DNA of 64,000 nucleotides from Parcubacteria bacterium GBS-2. GTDB lineage: Bacteria; Patescibacteriota; Minisyncoccia; Minisyncoccales; GBS-2. The stretch spans positions 27,560-91,559 of the forward strand of contig LEKP01000004.1 in the NCBI GenBank assembly GCA_001443025.1, read 5' to 3'. Under the pieces are notes generated by a model. It had not been told where the DNA came from and did not search any database. It saw only the letters and a list, made by a program, of their open reading frames with translations. How positions within the stretch are numbered: position 1 is the stretch's first letter; every line of letters begins with the position of its first letter. Position numbers and translations under genes: made by a program. Below, one piece after another: positions 32,631 through 40,708 of the stretch.

Positions 32631-34670
32631 TTATTTTTTGAGATAATCACAATTTTTATTTGAACATTTTATTTTTTTGTTTTCTTTTATTAAAAGTGAT
32701 TCACATCTTGGACATTTTTCTTCAGTAGGTTTTTCCCACAAAACAAAATCACATTTTGGATAATTTGAGCAACCCCAAAAGACTTTCCCTTTTTTGCTTT
32801 TTCTTTTCATCATTTCTCCCTTTTTGCATTTTGGGCATAAAATTCCAGTTGAGTTTTCCAAATCAAAAGTGTATTTACACTTTGGATAATTAGAACAAGC
32901 TAAAAACCTCCCGTATTTTGAAACTCTAATTAAAAGTTGAGCTCCGCACTTTGGGCATTTCTTTTCAGTTTTTTCCAAAATTCCAGCTCCTTTTATTTCT
33001 TTGTATTTTTTATTTAAATTTTCATTAAATGGTATATAAAATTCTTTTAAAGTTTCTACCCAATTCTTTTGACCATTGGCAATTTTATCCAAATCATCCT
33101 CCATTTTTGCGGTAAAACTTATATCAACAATTTCTGGAAAGTGTTTTACCAAAAGATCATTCACTAAAATTCCTACCGCAGTCGGATAAAACCTCTTTTT
33201 CTCATCTTTTTTAACATAATTTCTCTCTTGGATTGTTGCCAAAATGGGAGCGTAGGTTGAAGGCCTTCCAATTCCGTGTTTTTCAAGTTCTTTTATTAAA
33301 GTTGCCTCAGTATATCTTGGTGGAGGTTGGGTGAAATGCTGCAAGGGTAGAATTTTTACCACTTCTAAAATTTCTCCCTTTTCTAATTCTGGTAATTCTT
33401 CCTCCTCAAACTTCATTGGATAAACCTTTAAGAATCCATCAAACTTTAAAATTTGCCCTCTTGCCAAAAACCCATAATTTTTTGCTAAAATTTCAACTTC
33501 TGTTTTGTCAAAAATTGCTTGCGTCATTTGGGAAGCCAAAAACCTTCTCCAAATTAAATCATAAAGCTTCAATTGCTGTTCATTCAATTTTTCACTTAAA
33601 ACTTCAGGGGTTTTTTCAACATCTGTTGGCCTAATTGCTTCATGGGCTTCTTGAGCAACCTTAGATTTTGTTTTATAAACTCTTTGCTGGTAATAATTTT
33701 TACCGAAATTCTTCAGAATAAAATCCTCTGCCATTTTTAAGGCCAGCTCAGATAAATTCAAAGAATCCGTCCTATGGTAAGTAATGTATCCCATTTCATA
33801 AATTTGCTGGGCAATCTGCATTGTTTTTTCTGCAGACCAAGAAAATTTTTGCCAGGCAGTTTGTTGCATTGTTGAGGTTGTGAAAGGCTCTGGTGGATTT
33901 CTCTTTGCCTCTTTTCTTTCAATTTTTAAAACTTTAAATTTCGCATCTTTTAAATCCTCAACAATTTTTTTCGCCTCTTTTTCATTCTTTATTGCGAATT
34001 GATCCAACTTTTTTCCATCTTTCTTTACCAATACTGCCTTAAATTCCCCTTGGGATTTGGAATTTGGTGCTTGGAATTTCTTTAATGTTGCTTCTATCGT
34101 CCAGTATTCTTTCGGTTTAAAATTTTGAATCTCTCTTTCTCTTTCAACAATCAATCTTAAAGCAACAGACTGAACCCTTCCAGCAGAAAGTCCCTTTGCT
34201 ACCTTTCTCCAAAGTAGGGGAGAAAGCTTGTAACCTACGATTCTGTCTAAAATTCTTCTTGCTTGTTGAGCATTGACCAAATTCATGTCGATTTTTCTTG
34301 GATTTTTTAACGCCTCTTTTATTGCCTGTTCAGTTATTTCATGAAAAACAATTCTCCAATAAGGCTTTTTCTTTCCGAGTTTTAAAAGACATGCTAAGTG
34401 ATAGGCAATTGCCTCCCCCTCCCTATCAGGATCAGTAGACAAAATTACCAATTTTGCCTTTTTTGCCTCTTTTTCAATCTCTTTTATCCTTTCTTTTGCT
34501 CTTGGAGTAATTACATAAGTCGGTTTAAAGTTATTTTTAATATCAACTCCAAATTTGTGTTCTGGCAAATCTCTTACATGACCAAAAGAAGCAACGATTT
34601 TGAATTCCTTACCCAAGAACCTACTGATGGTTTTGGCCTTAGTTGGACTTTCAACGATTACCAATTGCAT
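32631..34670 (-). CDS. topA: DNA topoisomerase I with C-terminal Cys4 zinc ribbons
   Basis: MQLVIVESPTKAKTI (Toprim), DPDREGEAIA, ITYHRTDS (active-site Tyr region), and three CPKC/CPRC zinc-ribbon repeats. Confidence 0.96.
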   Translation of the reverse strand: MQLVIVESPTKAKTISRFLGKEFKIVASFGHVRDLPEHKFGVDIKNNFKPTYVITPRAKERIKEIEKEAKKAKLVILSTDPDREGEAIAYHLACLLKLGKKKPYWRIVFHEITEQAIKEALKNPRKIDMNLVNAQQARRILDRIVGYKLSPLLWRKVAKGLSAGRVQSVALRLIVEREREIQNFKPKEYWTIEATLKKFQAPNSKSQGEFKAVLVKKDGKKLDQFAIKNEKEAKKIVEDLKDAKFKVLKIERKEAKRNPPEPFTTSTMQQTAWQKFSWSAEKTMQIAQQIYEMGYITYHRTDSLNLSELALKMAEDFILKNFGKNYYQQRVYKTKSKVAQEAHEAIRPTDVEKTPEVLSEKLNEQQLKLYDLIWRRFLASQMTQAIFDKTEVEILAKNYGFLARGQILKFDGFLKVYPMKFEEEELPELEKGEILEVVKILPLQHFTQPPPRYTEATLIKELEKHGIGRPSTYAPILATIQERNYVKKDEKKRFYPTAVGILVNDLLVKHFPEIVDISFTAKMEDDLDKIANGQKNWVETLKEFYIPFNENLNKKYKEIKGAGILEKTEKKCPKCGAQLLIRVSKYGRFLACSNYPKCKYTFDLENSTGILCPKCKKGEMMKRKSKKGKVFWGCSNYPKCDFVLWEKPTEEKCPRCESLLIKENKKIKCSNKNCDYLKK
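34052..34079 (-). repeat. Heptanucleotide-periodic tract inside topA
   Basis: The coding strand reads AAATTCC AAGCACC AAATTCC AAATCCC, encoding FQAPNSKSQ. Confidence 0.8.
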
Positions 34671-35523
34671 AAATTCCTCCTCCTAAATTCTTTATTTTAC
34701 CTTCAATTTCCAAAATTGAAAGAAGAGATGCCACCTTTGAAGGCGAAAGCTTTGTTTTCTCAATTATCTTTTCAATATCTAAAGCCCCCTCTTTCAACAC
34801 TTCCAAAATCAAATTTTCCTCTGGCGTTTTTCCTTTAATTTCTTTTTCTCTCAATTTTGCTTTTTCAATTCCTAATTCCTCTAAAATATCTTTCGCACTC
34901 TCTACCAACTTTGCTCCATTTTTTATCAAAAAATGACATCCCTTTGAAGTTTGAGAGAAAACAGATCCAGGAACCGCAAAAATTTTTCTTCCTTGTTCTT
35001 TAGCGTAATTTGCAGTGATTAAAGATCCTGATCCCATTCTTGCTTCAACAACCAAAACTCCAAACGATAACCCAGAAATTATTCTATTTCTCTGAGGGAA
35101 AGTGTATTTTGTTCCATGAGTCCCTGGTTCAAATTCAGAAATTAAGCATCCTCCATTTTCTAAAATTTTATCAATTAATTTTAAATTTGATTTTGGATAA
35201 ATTGCCTTTTCATCAAGACCTGTGCCCAAAACCGCAATCGTCCTTTTTCCTCTTTCAATTGTCGCTTTGTGGGCTATTGTATCAATTCCTGGAGCAAAAC
35301 CAGAGACTATTGTTAAACCAGCCTCTGCCAGATCAGCTGAAATTTGGTAGGCAATCTCTTTACCGTAATTTGTGCACTTTCTTGTTCCGACAATAGCAAA
35401 ACAGTTTTCGTGGGATTTAATTTCCCCTAAAAAATAAAGAATCTTTGGTGGGTTTTGGATTTTTTTTAAAAGCTTTGGATAATTTTTGTCTTCAATTGAA
35501 ATAGATTTGACTTCAAACATCAA
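34651..35523 (-). CDS. dprA: DNA processing protein DprA (Smf)
   Basis: AIVGTRKCTNYGKEIA, SGFAPGIDTIAHKATIE, RNRIISGLS, and a C-terminal winged-helix-like tail. Confidence 0.9.
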   Translation of the reverse strand: MMFEVKSISIEDKNYPKLLKKIQNPPKILYFLGEIKSHENCFAIVGTRKCTNYGKEIAYQISADLAEAGLTIVSGFAPGIDTIAHKATIERGKRTIAVLGTGLDEKAIYPKSNLKLIDKILENGGCLISEFEPGTHGTKYTFPQRNRIISGLSFGVLVVEARMGSGSLITANYAKEQGRKIFAVPGSVFSQTSKGCHFLIKNGAKLVESAKDILEELGIEKAKLREKEIKGKTPEENLILEVLKEGALDIEKIIEKTKLSPSKVASLLSILEIEGKIKNLGGGIYAIGNR

Positions 35524-35524
35524 C

Positions 35525-35797
35525 TTAGGTTTTTTTCCAGTTCGTTAGAAGCTCAAGCATAGTCATTGTTTTTTCTCTCCTTTTTTGGGGTTTAATCTTT
35601 ATTTCTTTGTAAAAAATTCTTTCAAAAAAAAGCAATAGCAAAATATACTTTGCCAATTTCTTTTTCAGGATAATTTGGATCTTTTCTTGACAAAAATCCA
35701 GTGATCCCCATTCCAATTTGAGAATTGAATTTTTTTGGGCGATTTTTACCATCTCTTTGCTATAAACTGAATACTTATTAATCTTTTTCTTTGGCAC
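35525..35797 (-). CDS. Doubtful 90-aa ORF in the nadE-dprA gap
   Basis: This is the only long ORF in a 345-bp gap. It is low-complexity, has no motif, and a second short ORF (MGKKIEKEIAELL...) abuts the nadE stop in another frame. It may be a gene remnant. Confidence 0.2.
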   Translation of the reverse strand: MPKKKINKYSVYSKEMVKIAQKNSILKLEWGSLDFCQEKIQIILKKKLAKYILLLLFFERIFYKEIKIKPQKRREKTMTMLELLTNWKKT

Positions 35798-35868
35798 TCC
35801 AAAAAAATCTTTTGTTGTGGAGAATAAGCAACAATTCCGCTATTTCTTTTTCAATTTTCTTTCCCATT

Positions 35869-36732
35869 TTAGTATTTTAATTCATAAGGAAGAGAATTTT
35901 TAATCTGCCCAATTTTTGCCCTTTCTAAAATTTTTCTGATTTTTCTCTTTGGAATTTTAAAACTTTTTGAAATTTCATTTTTTGACATTTTTAAATCTTC
36001 TTTTGCTGACAAAACAATATCCGCTTCGAAATAATTAATTTCCAATTCTTTTTCCGCAAAATGTCCTTTCCAAAGTTCTGGCGACGGAGCTTTTGCTAAA
36101 ATTTCAGTCGGAATTTCTTTTAAGTAACTCGCTAATTGATGGACCTGAGTTTTCCAAAGATCTCTGATTGGTTCAATTCCTGAAGCGTTATCCCCCCAAA
36201 GAGTAAAATAGCCAAGAGCTTTTTCAGTTTTATCTTCACTTCCGACCACAATCGCGTTTAATGCTTTCGACAAATCAAACAAAATTTTCATTCTCTCTCT
36301 TGCCATCAAATTCCCTTTTCTAAGTTTTTGTTTACTTCCTTTAAACTTTTTGAGAAGATTCCAGCTCGCGTCCACTGGTTTGTTTATAAAAATTGTAATT
36401 AAATTTTTTTGTGGAATTTTTAGATTTTTAGCTAATTTTTCAACATCTTTTAAACTTTTCCTTGAAGTTACTCCCCGATAAGGAAGTCTTACTAAATAAA
36501 CATTTTTTGGCCCTAAGGCTTTAACTGTCAAAAGTGCAGATACTGACGAATTCAATCCTCCAGAAACTCCGAGAATTGCTTTTTTAAATCCGAATTTCTT
36601 AAAGTAGCTTTTCATTTCTTTTATTTTTGCCCTCAAGATTTTTTCTGCCTTTTTCTCATCCAGTTTTAAATGCAATGGAATTTTTTCAAGATTAAAGTAA
36701 ATTTTTTTATTCATACAATCTTCTTTTTTCAA
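35869..36732 (-). CDS. nadE: NH3-dependent NAD+ synthetase
   Basis: PP-loop GVSGGLNSSV and the NAD synthase pattern (GSEDKTEKALGYFTLWGD). The real start may be the Met at 36714. Confidence 0.88.
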   Translation of the reverse strand: MKKEDCMNKKIYFNLEKIPLHLKLDEKKAEKILRAKIKEMKSYFKKFGFKKAILGVSGGLNSSVSALLTVKALGPKNVYLVRLPYRGVTSRKSLKDVEKLAKNLKIPQKNLITIFINKPVDASWNLLKKFKGSKQKLRKGNLMARERMKILFDLSKALNAIVVGSEDKTEKALGYFTLWGDNASGIEPIRDLWKTQVHQLASYLKEIPTEILAKAPSPELWKGHFAEKELEINYFEADIVLSAKEDLKMSKNEISKSFKIPKRKIRKILERAKIGQIKNSLPYELKY

Positions 36733-37333
36733 TATACCTTAAGACTTTTTTTGGCAAAAATTTATCAACTTTCTCTCCCTTTTTAATTTTTTCTCTGATT
36801 TCGCTTGCTGAAATAGGAATTTTTCTTTTGATCAAAATTACTTTTTTAAGAACATTCCTCTTTTTCTTTTCGAGTTCTTTTGGAAGAGTTTTTAGATTAA
36901 ACTGAGAGTTTGGGCGAAGGAAAACAACAAAATTTGCCAAATCTAAGACTTTCAATTTTCCTTTCCATTTTCCTTCGATTATTTCTCTGAGAGAATCTTC
37001 CCCTATTATCCAGTAAATTTCAGAATTTTTATATTTTTTCTTTAAATATTTGATCGTCTCTATGGTATAGGATTTTCCTTTTTTCTTGACCTCGTAATCT
37101 GAGACTTTAAACCCTCCAACTCCTTCTATCAGCAGAGAAACCATTTTTAATCTATCTTCTGCCTTTGCCAAGCCAATTTTTTTTAACGGAGGCTTACCAT
37201 AGGGAATAAAAATAATCTCATCTAATTTCAACTTTTCTTTCGCAATTTGAGCAATTTTTAAGTGACCAAAATGAGGAGGGTTGAAAGCGCCTCCTAAAAC
37301 TCCAATTTTTATCTTTTTAAGGTTATTTCTCAT
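36707..37333 (-). CDS. nadD: Nicotinate-nucleotide adenylyltransferase
   Basis: IGVLGGAFNPPHFGHL (the (T/H)xGH motif) and ISASEIREKI (ISSTxxR-like). Confidence 0.9.
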   Translation of the reverse strand: MRNNLKKIKIGVLGGAFNPPHFGHLKIAQIAKEKLKLDEIIFIPYGKPPLKKIGLAKAEDRLKMVSLLIEGVGGFKVSDYEVKKKGKSYTIETIKYLKKKYKNSEIYWIIGEDSLREIIEGKWKGKLKVLDLANFVVFLRPNSQFNLKTLPKELEKKKRNVLKKVILIKRKIPISASEIREKIKKGEKVDKFLPKKVLRYIEKRRLYE

Positions 37334-37473
37334 TAGATGCTTTATTTTACGAAGAAAAAGAAAATAAAACTAGATGGATTTGACTTTTTGATTTGTTGAT
37401 AACATTTTAATGTAGAGGGGAAGAGAAATGATGAAAAGGGAGCAGTGGGCGATTTTCTTCGTTCTATCCAATC

Positions 37474-39456
37474 TTAATTTATCTTTTCAAGTTTTTTGTT
37501 CTTTAATTTTTCAATCGCTTCGAGAATCATTTGGCAATAAAGATTCAGTCCTACTTTATTTACATTTCCTGACTGTTCTTTTCCCAAAATGTTTCCCGCA
37601 CCTCTTATTTCTAAATCTTTTAAAGCAATCTTATATCCAGACCCCAATTCTTCAGCTTCTCTAAGGGCTTCTAATCTTTCTTTCATTGAAGGAGTTAATT
37701 TTTGAGGATAAAAAAAGTAAGCAAAGGATTGAACATTCGATCTTCCAATTCTTCCTTTAATCTGGTATGCCTGGGAAAGTCCTAACTTGGTAGAATCTGC
37801 CACGATTAAAGTATTACTATTTGGCAGATCTAGCCCCGCTTCGATTATTGTTGTTGCCACTAAAACGTCAATTCTTTTTCTTTGGAAGTTTTCTATTACT
37901 TTTATTAATTCTCTCTCTTTTAATCTTCCGTGGGCAATTCCAAATTTCACATTTGGCAAAAGAGCTTCCAAAAAACTTTTTACCGAAGAAATATTTTCGA
38001 TTTTATTGTGTAAATAGTAAACTTGTCCTCCTCTTTCAATTTCTTTTGCAATTGCTTCCTTTATTGTTTTTTCTGAAAAAGGCAAAATAAAGATTTTCGT
38101 TGGAATTCTTCCAACAGGGGGAGTTTGAATCAAAGAAATTTCCCTCAATCCAGAAAGAGAAAGATAAAGAGTTCTTGGAATTGGGGTTGCAGAAAGGGAC
38201 AAAACATCAATTTCAGCCCTCAATTTTTTTAGTTTTTCTTTTTGTCTTACTCCAAATTTATGTTCATCGTCAATCACCAAAAGCCCAAGTTTTTTAAATT
38301 CGACATCGCTTGATAAGATTCTGTGAGTTCCAACTAAAATATCGATTTTTCCTTCTTTCAATTTTTTAATCGTTTCCTTTTGCTCTTTTTTTGTTTGAAT
38401 TCTTGTTAAAATTTCTATTTCAATTGGCAAATCTTTCAACCTCTTTTTAAAATTTTGATAATGTTGATTTGCCAAAATCGTTGTCGGACAAAGCATTACA
38501 GCTTGATATCCAGACTCAACAACCCTGACCATTGCTCTCAAGGCAACTTCAGTTTTCCCAAATCCAACATCTCCACAAACCAATCTATCCATTGGTTTTT
38601 CTCCTCCTAAATCTTTTTCAATCTCTTCAATTGCTTTTTCTTGATCTGGAGTTTCTTCAAACGGAAAAGTTTCCTTTAAATACTTGACCATTTCGCTTTT
38701 TGAGTAAGGCGGACGAGTGACAATTTCCCTTTTTGCATAAATTTTCAAGAGTTCTCTGGCAAACTTTTCAGCTTCTTCTTTAACCTTCCTTTTAGTTTTT
38801 ATCCATGTTAAAGTTCCCAACCTTGAAATTTTTGGTTTTGAAAAACCAACATAACGAGAAAGCTTTCTTTCAAGACCAAAAGGCACATAAAGTTTATCTC
38901 CTTGAGCATATTCAATCTCATAATACTTTCTTGTTATTTCACGATCGTGAATTAATTCAACATCTTTGAAAATTCCAATTCCGTGGTCCAAATGAACTAA
39001 ATAATCTCCTGGTTTTAAACCTTTAAGGTCAGAAAAAATTTTCTGAGATTTTAATTTCTTTTTTAAAACTTCTTTCTCTCTTTTTTCATCTTCAATTTCA
39101 ATTGGCAATCTGAAAATGTTTTCAATTCTGTTACCCAAAAACTCAATTTTGATTGCAAAATTTAAATTTATTGGAAAAACATCAACAACTCCCCCTCTTT
39201 GTGAGAACTCTCCAATTTGAGAGACCTGCCAAACTTTTTCATATCCCATTTCATCCAATTTTCTCAACAAAAAAGAAAATGGAATTTTTAAATTCTTTTC
39301 TAAAAATAAAGTATTCTCTTGCCAGAAAATTTGAGTTTTTCGTGCCTCCAAGATTTTCTTTAAATTTTTTTCAAACCAAAAATTTTCCCTTTCTAAAAAA
39401 TAGGGGATGATAGAGACAATCAAAACTTTATCGATTTCTCTTGACAAATCCATCAA
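37474..39456 (-). CDS. mfd: Transcription-repair coupling factor, minimal form (RNAP-interacting domain plus translocase only)
   Basis: CarD/TRCF domain LKPGDYLVHLDHGIGIF...YAQGDKLYVP. SF2 helicase motifs GDVGFGKTEVA, DDEHKFG, SATPIPRT and GRIGRS. TRG motif LEIRGAGNILGKEQSG. Only 660 aa. Confidence 0.88.
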   Translation of the reverse strand: MMDLSREIDKVLIVSIIPYFLERENFWFEKNLKKILEARKTQIFWQENTLFLEKNLKIPFSFLLRKLDEMGYEKVWQVSQIGEFSQRGGVVDVFPINLNFAIKIEFLGNRIENIFRLPIEIEDEKREKEVLKKKLKSQKIFSDLKGLKPGDYLVHLDHGIGIFKDVELIHDREITRKYYEIEYAQGDKLYVPFGLERKLSRYVGFSKPKISRLGTLTWIKTKRKVKEEAEKFARELLKIYAKREIVTRPPYSKSEMVKYLKETFPFEETPDQEKAIEEIEKDLGGEKPMDRLVCGDVGFGKTEVALRAMVRVVESGYQAVMLCPTTILANQHYQNFKKRLKDLPIEIEILTRIQTKKEQKETIKKLKEGKIDILVGTHRILSSDVEFKKLGLLVIDDEHKFGVRQKEKLKKLRAEIDVLSLSATPIPRTLYLSLSGLREISLIQTPPVGRIPTKIFILPFSEKTIKEAIAKEIERGGQVYYLHNKIENISSVKSFLEALLPNVKFGIAHGRLKERELIKVIENFQRKRIDVLVATTIIEAGLDLPNSNTLIVADSTKLGLSQAYQIKGRIGRSNVQSFAYFFYPQKLTPSMKERLEALREAEELGSGYKIALKDLEIRGAGNILGKEQSGNVNKVGLNLYCQMILEAIEKLKNKKLEKIN

Positions 39457-39477
39457 AATTTGTTATTTTATTGTAAA

Positions 39478-39565
39478 CTGCGAGTGGCAAGGGATGCTCA
39501 CCTCCCATCCCTTGTCTTGAATGCGGGGAGGTCCGAGTGACTAACCTCGCGGCTCGCAGTTTTTT
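39478..39565 (+). ncRNA. Candidate small structured RNA of unknown class, with its own promoter and terminator
   Basis: TTGACA at 39441-39446, a 17-nt spacer, and TGtTATTTT (extended -10). Closing helix CTGCGAG (39478-39484)/CTCGCAG (39553-39559) followed by T6. Internal perfect 9-bp hairpin CAAGGGATG-ctcacctcc-CATCCCTTG. A second GC-rich hairpin GCGGGGAGGTC...GACTAACCTCGC. The loop ACCTCC is complementary to the downstream GGAGGT. The element is GC-rich in an AT-rich genome. Confidence 0.55.
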
Positions 39566-40136
39566 ATTTGTTAAATTCACTCATTGACTTCTCAGCTCCT
39601 TCTTTTATTGAAATCTCAATTGCTTTACACGTTAAATCAATTACCTTCTTTAAAATTTTTTCCTCTTTTTTACTAAATTTTTGAAGCACTAAATTTTTCT
39701 TATTGCTCTTTGCCCTATTGTTGGCTGTTCCAATTCCAACTCTAACCCTAACAAAATCTTTTGTTCCAATTTCATCAATTATTGATTGAACTCCTTTGTG
39801 GCCAGCAGATCCTCTGCCAAAAGAAATTTTAATTTTCCCAAATGGAATGTCCAAATCATCGTGAACCACTATTAAATTTTCACTTTTCAATTTCCAATTT
39901 TCAATTAAAAACTTTACCGATTTACCAGAATTGTTCATAAAAGTTTGAGGTTTTGCTAGAACAATCTTTTTTTCTCCAATTTTCTTTTCAGAAATCATTG
40001 CTAAAAACTCTTTTTTCAGTTTAAATTTTGGGAATTTTTTCTTCTTTGCAAACTCATCTAAAACCATAAATCCAAGGTTATGCCTCGTTTTTTCAAACTT
40101 TCTTCCTGGATTTCCAAGACCGACGATTAACTTCAT
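39564..40136 (-). CDS. pth: Peptidyl-tRNA hydrolase
   Basis: MKLIVGLGNPG..., TRHNLGF, and VVHDDLDIPFGKIK. Confidence 0.95.
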   Translation of the reverse strand: MKLIVGLGNPGRKFEKTRHNLGFMVLDEFAKKKKFPKFKLKKEFLAMISEKKIGEKKIVLAKPQTFMNNSGKSVKFLIENWKLKSENLIVVHDDLDIPFGKIKISFGRGSAGHKGVQSIIDEIGTKDFVRVRVGIGTANNRAKSNKKNLVLQKFSKKEEKILKKVIDLTCKAIEISIKEGAEKSMSEFNK

Positions 40137-40173
40137 CTTTTAATTTTATCGGTTTTTTGTTATAATTTTAACC

Positions 40174-40707
40174 ATGAAAATTTTAGACTTTTTCAAGGAA
40201 ATCTTGCAAACCGTTGTTTTGGCGCTTCTAATCGTTTTACCAATTCGTTTTTTTATTTTTCAACCCTTTATTGTTAAAGGACAATCAATGGAGCCAAATT
40301 TTGAGGACGGTGATTATTTAATTATTGATGAACTAACTTATAGATTCAGAGAACCAAAGAGGGGTGAAGTAATAGTTTTTAAAAACCCAATGAATGAACG
40401 TCAAAGGTTTATAAAAAGAATCATTGGTTTGCCAGGGGAAACTGTAGAAATCTCTGAAGGAAAAATTTTTATTTCAAATGGAGAAAAAAGAATTTTAAAC
40501 GAGCCTTATTTAAATTCTTCTTTTACCGTTGGGGATCTTCAAATAGCTCTTGGGAAAGATGAATACTTTGTTTTAGGAGACAATCGTCAATTTTCTTTGG
40601 ATTCAAGAAGGTTCGGTCCTATAAAAAGAAAAGAAATTGTGGGAAGGGTTTTGCTGAGGCTGTGGCCGATTTACTCTTTTGCAAAATTCGAAGCCCCAGC
40701 TTATTAA
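40174..40707 (+). CDS. lepB: Signal peptidase I
   Basis: N-terminal TM helix, catalytic Ser box VKGQSMEPNF, Lys box KRIIGLPGE, and GDNRQFSLDSR. Confidence 0.92.
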   Translation: MKILDFFKEILQTVVLALLIVLPIRFFIFQPFIVKGQSMEPNFEDGDYLIIDELTYRFREPKRGEVIVFKNPMNERQRFIKRIIGLPGETVEISEGKIFISNGEKRILNEPYLNSSFTVGDLQIALGKDEYFVLGDNRQFSLDSRRFGPIKRKEIVGRVLLRLWPIYSFAKFEAPAY

Positions 40708-40708
40708 A

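Noticed and set aside
35686-35700. Fourth CTTGACAA promoter on the plus strand, in the nadE-dprA gap.
   Set aside because: No acceptable -10 hexamer lies 16-18 nt downstream (attcca/ttccaa), and no hairpin or terminator follows. The match is probably fortuitous.
39478-39565. Identification of the GC-rich structured RNA as SRP (4.5S) RNA.
   Set aside because: It shares AGGUCCG with the domain IV consensus. It lacks the GGAA tetraloop and the GGAAGCAGC/AGCA symmetric-loop signature, and it folds as a three-way junction rather than one long hairpin. It is kept as an unknown RNA.
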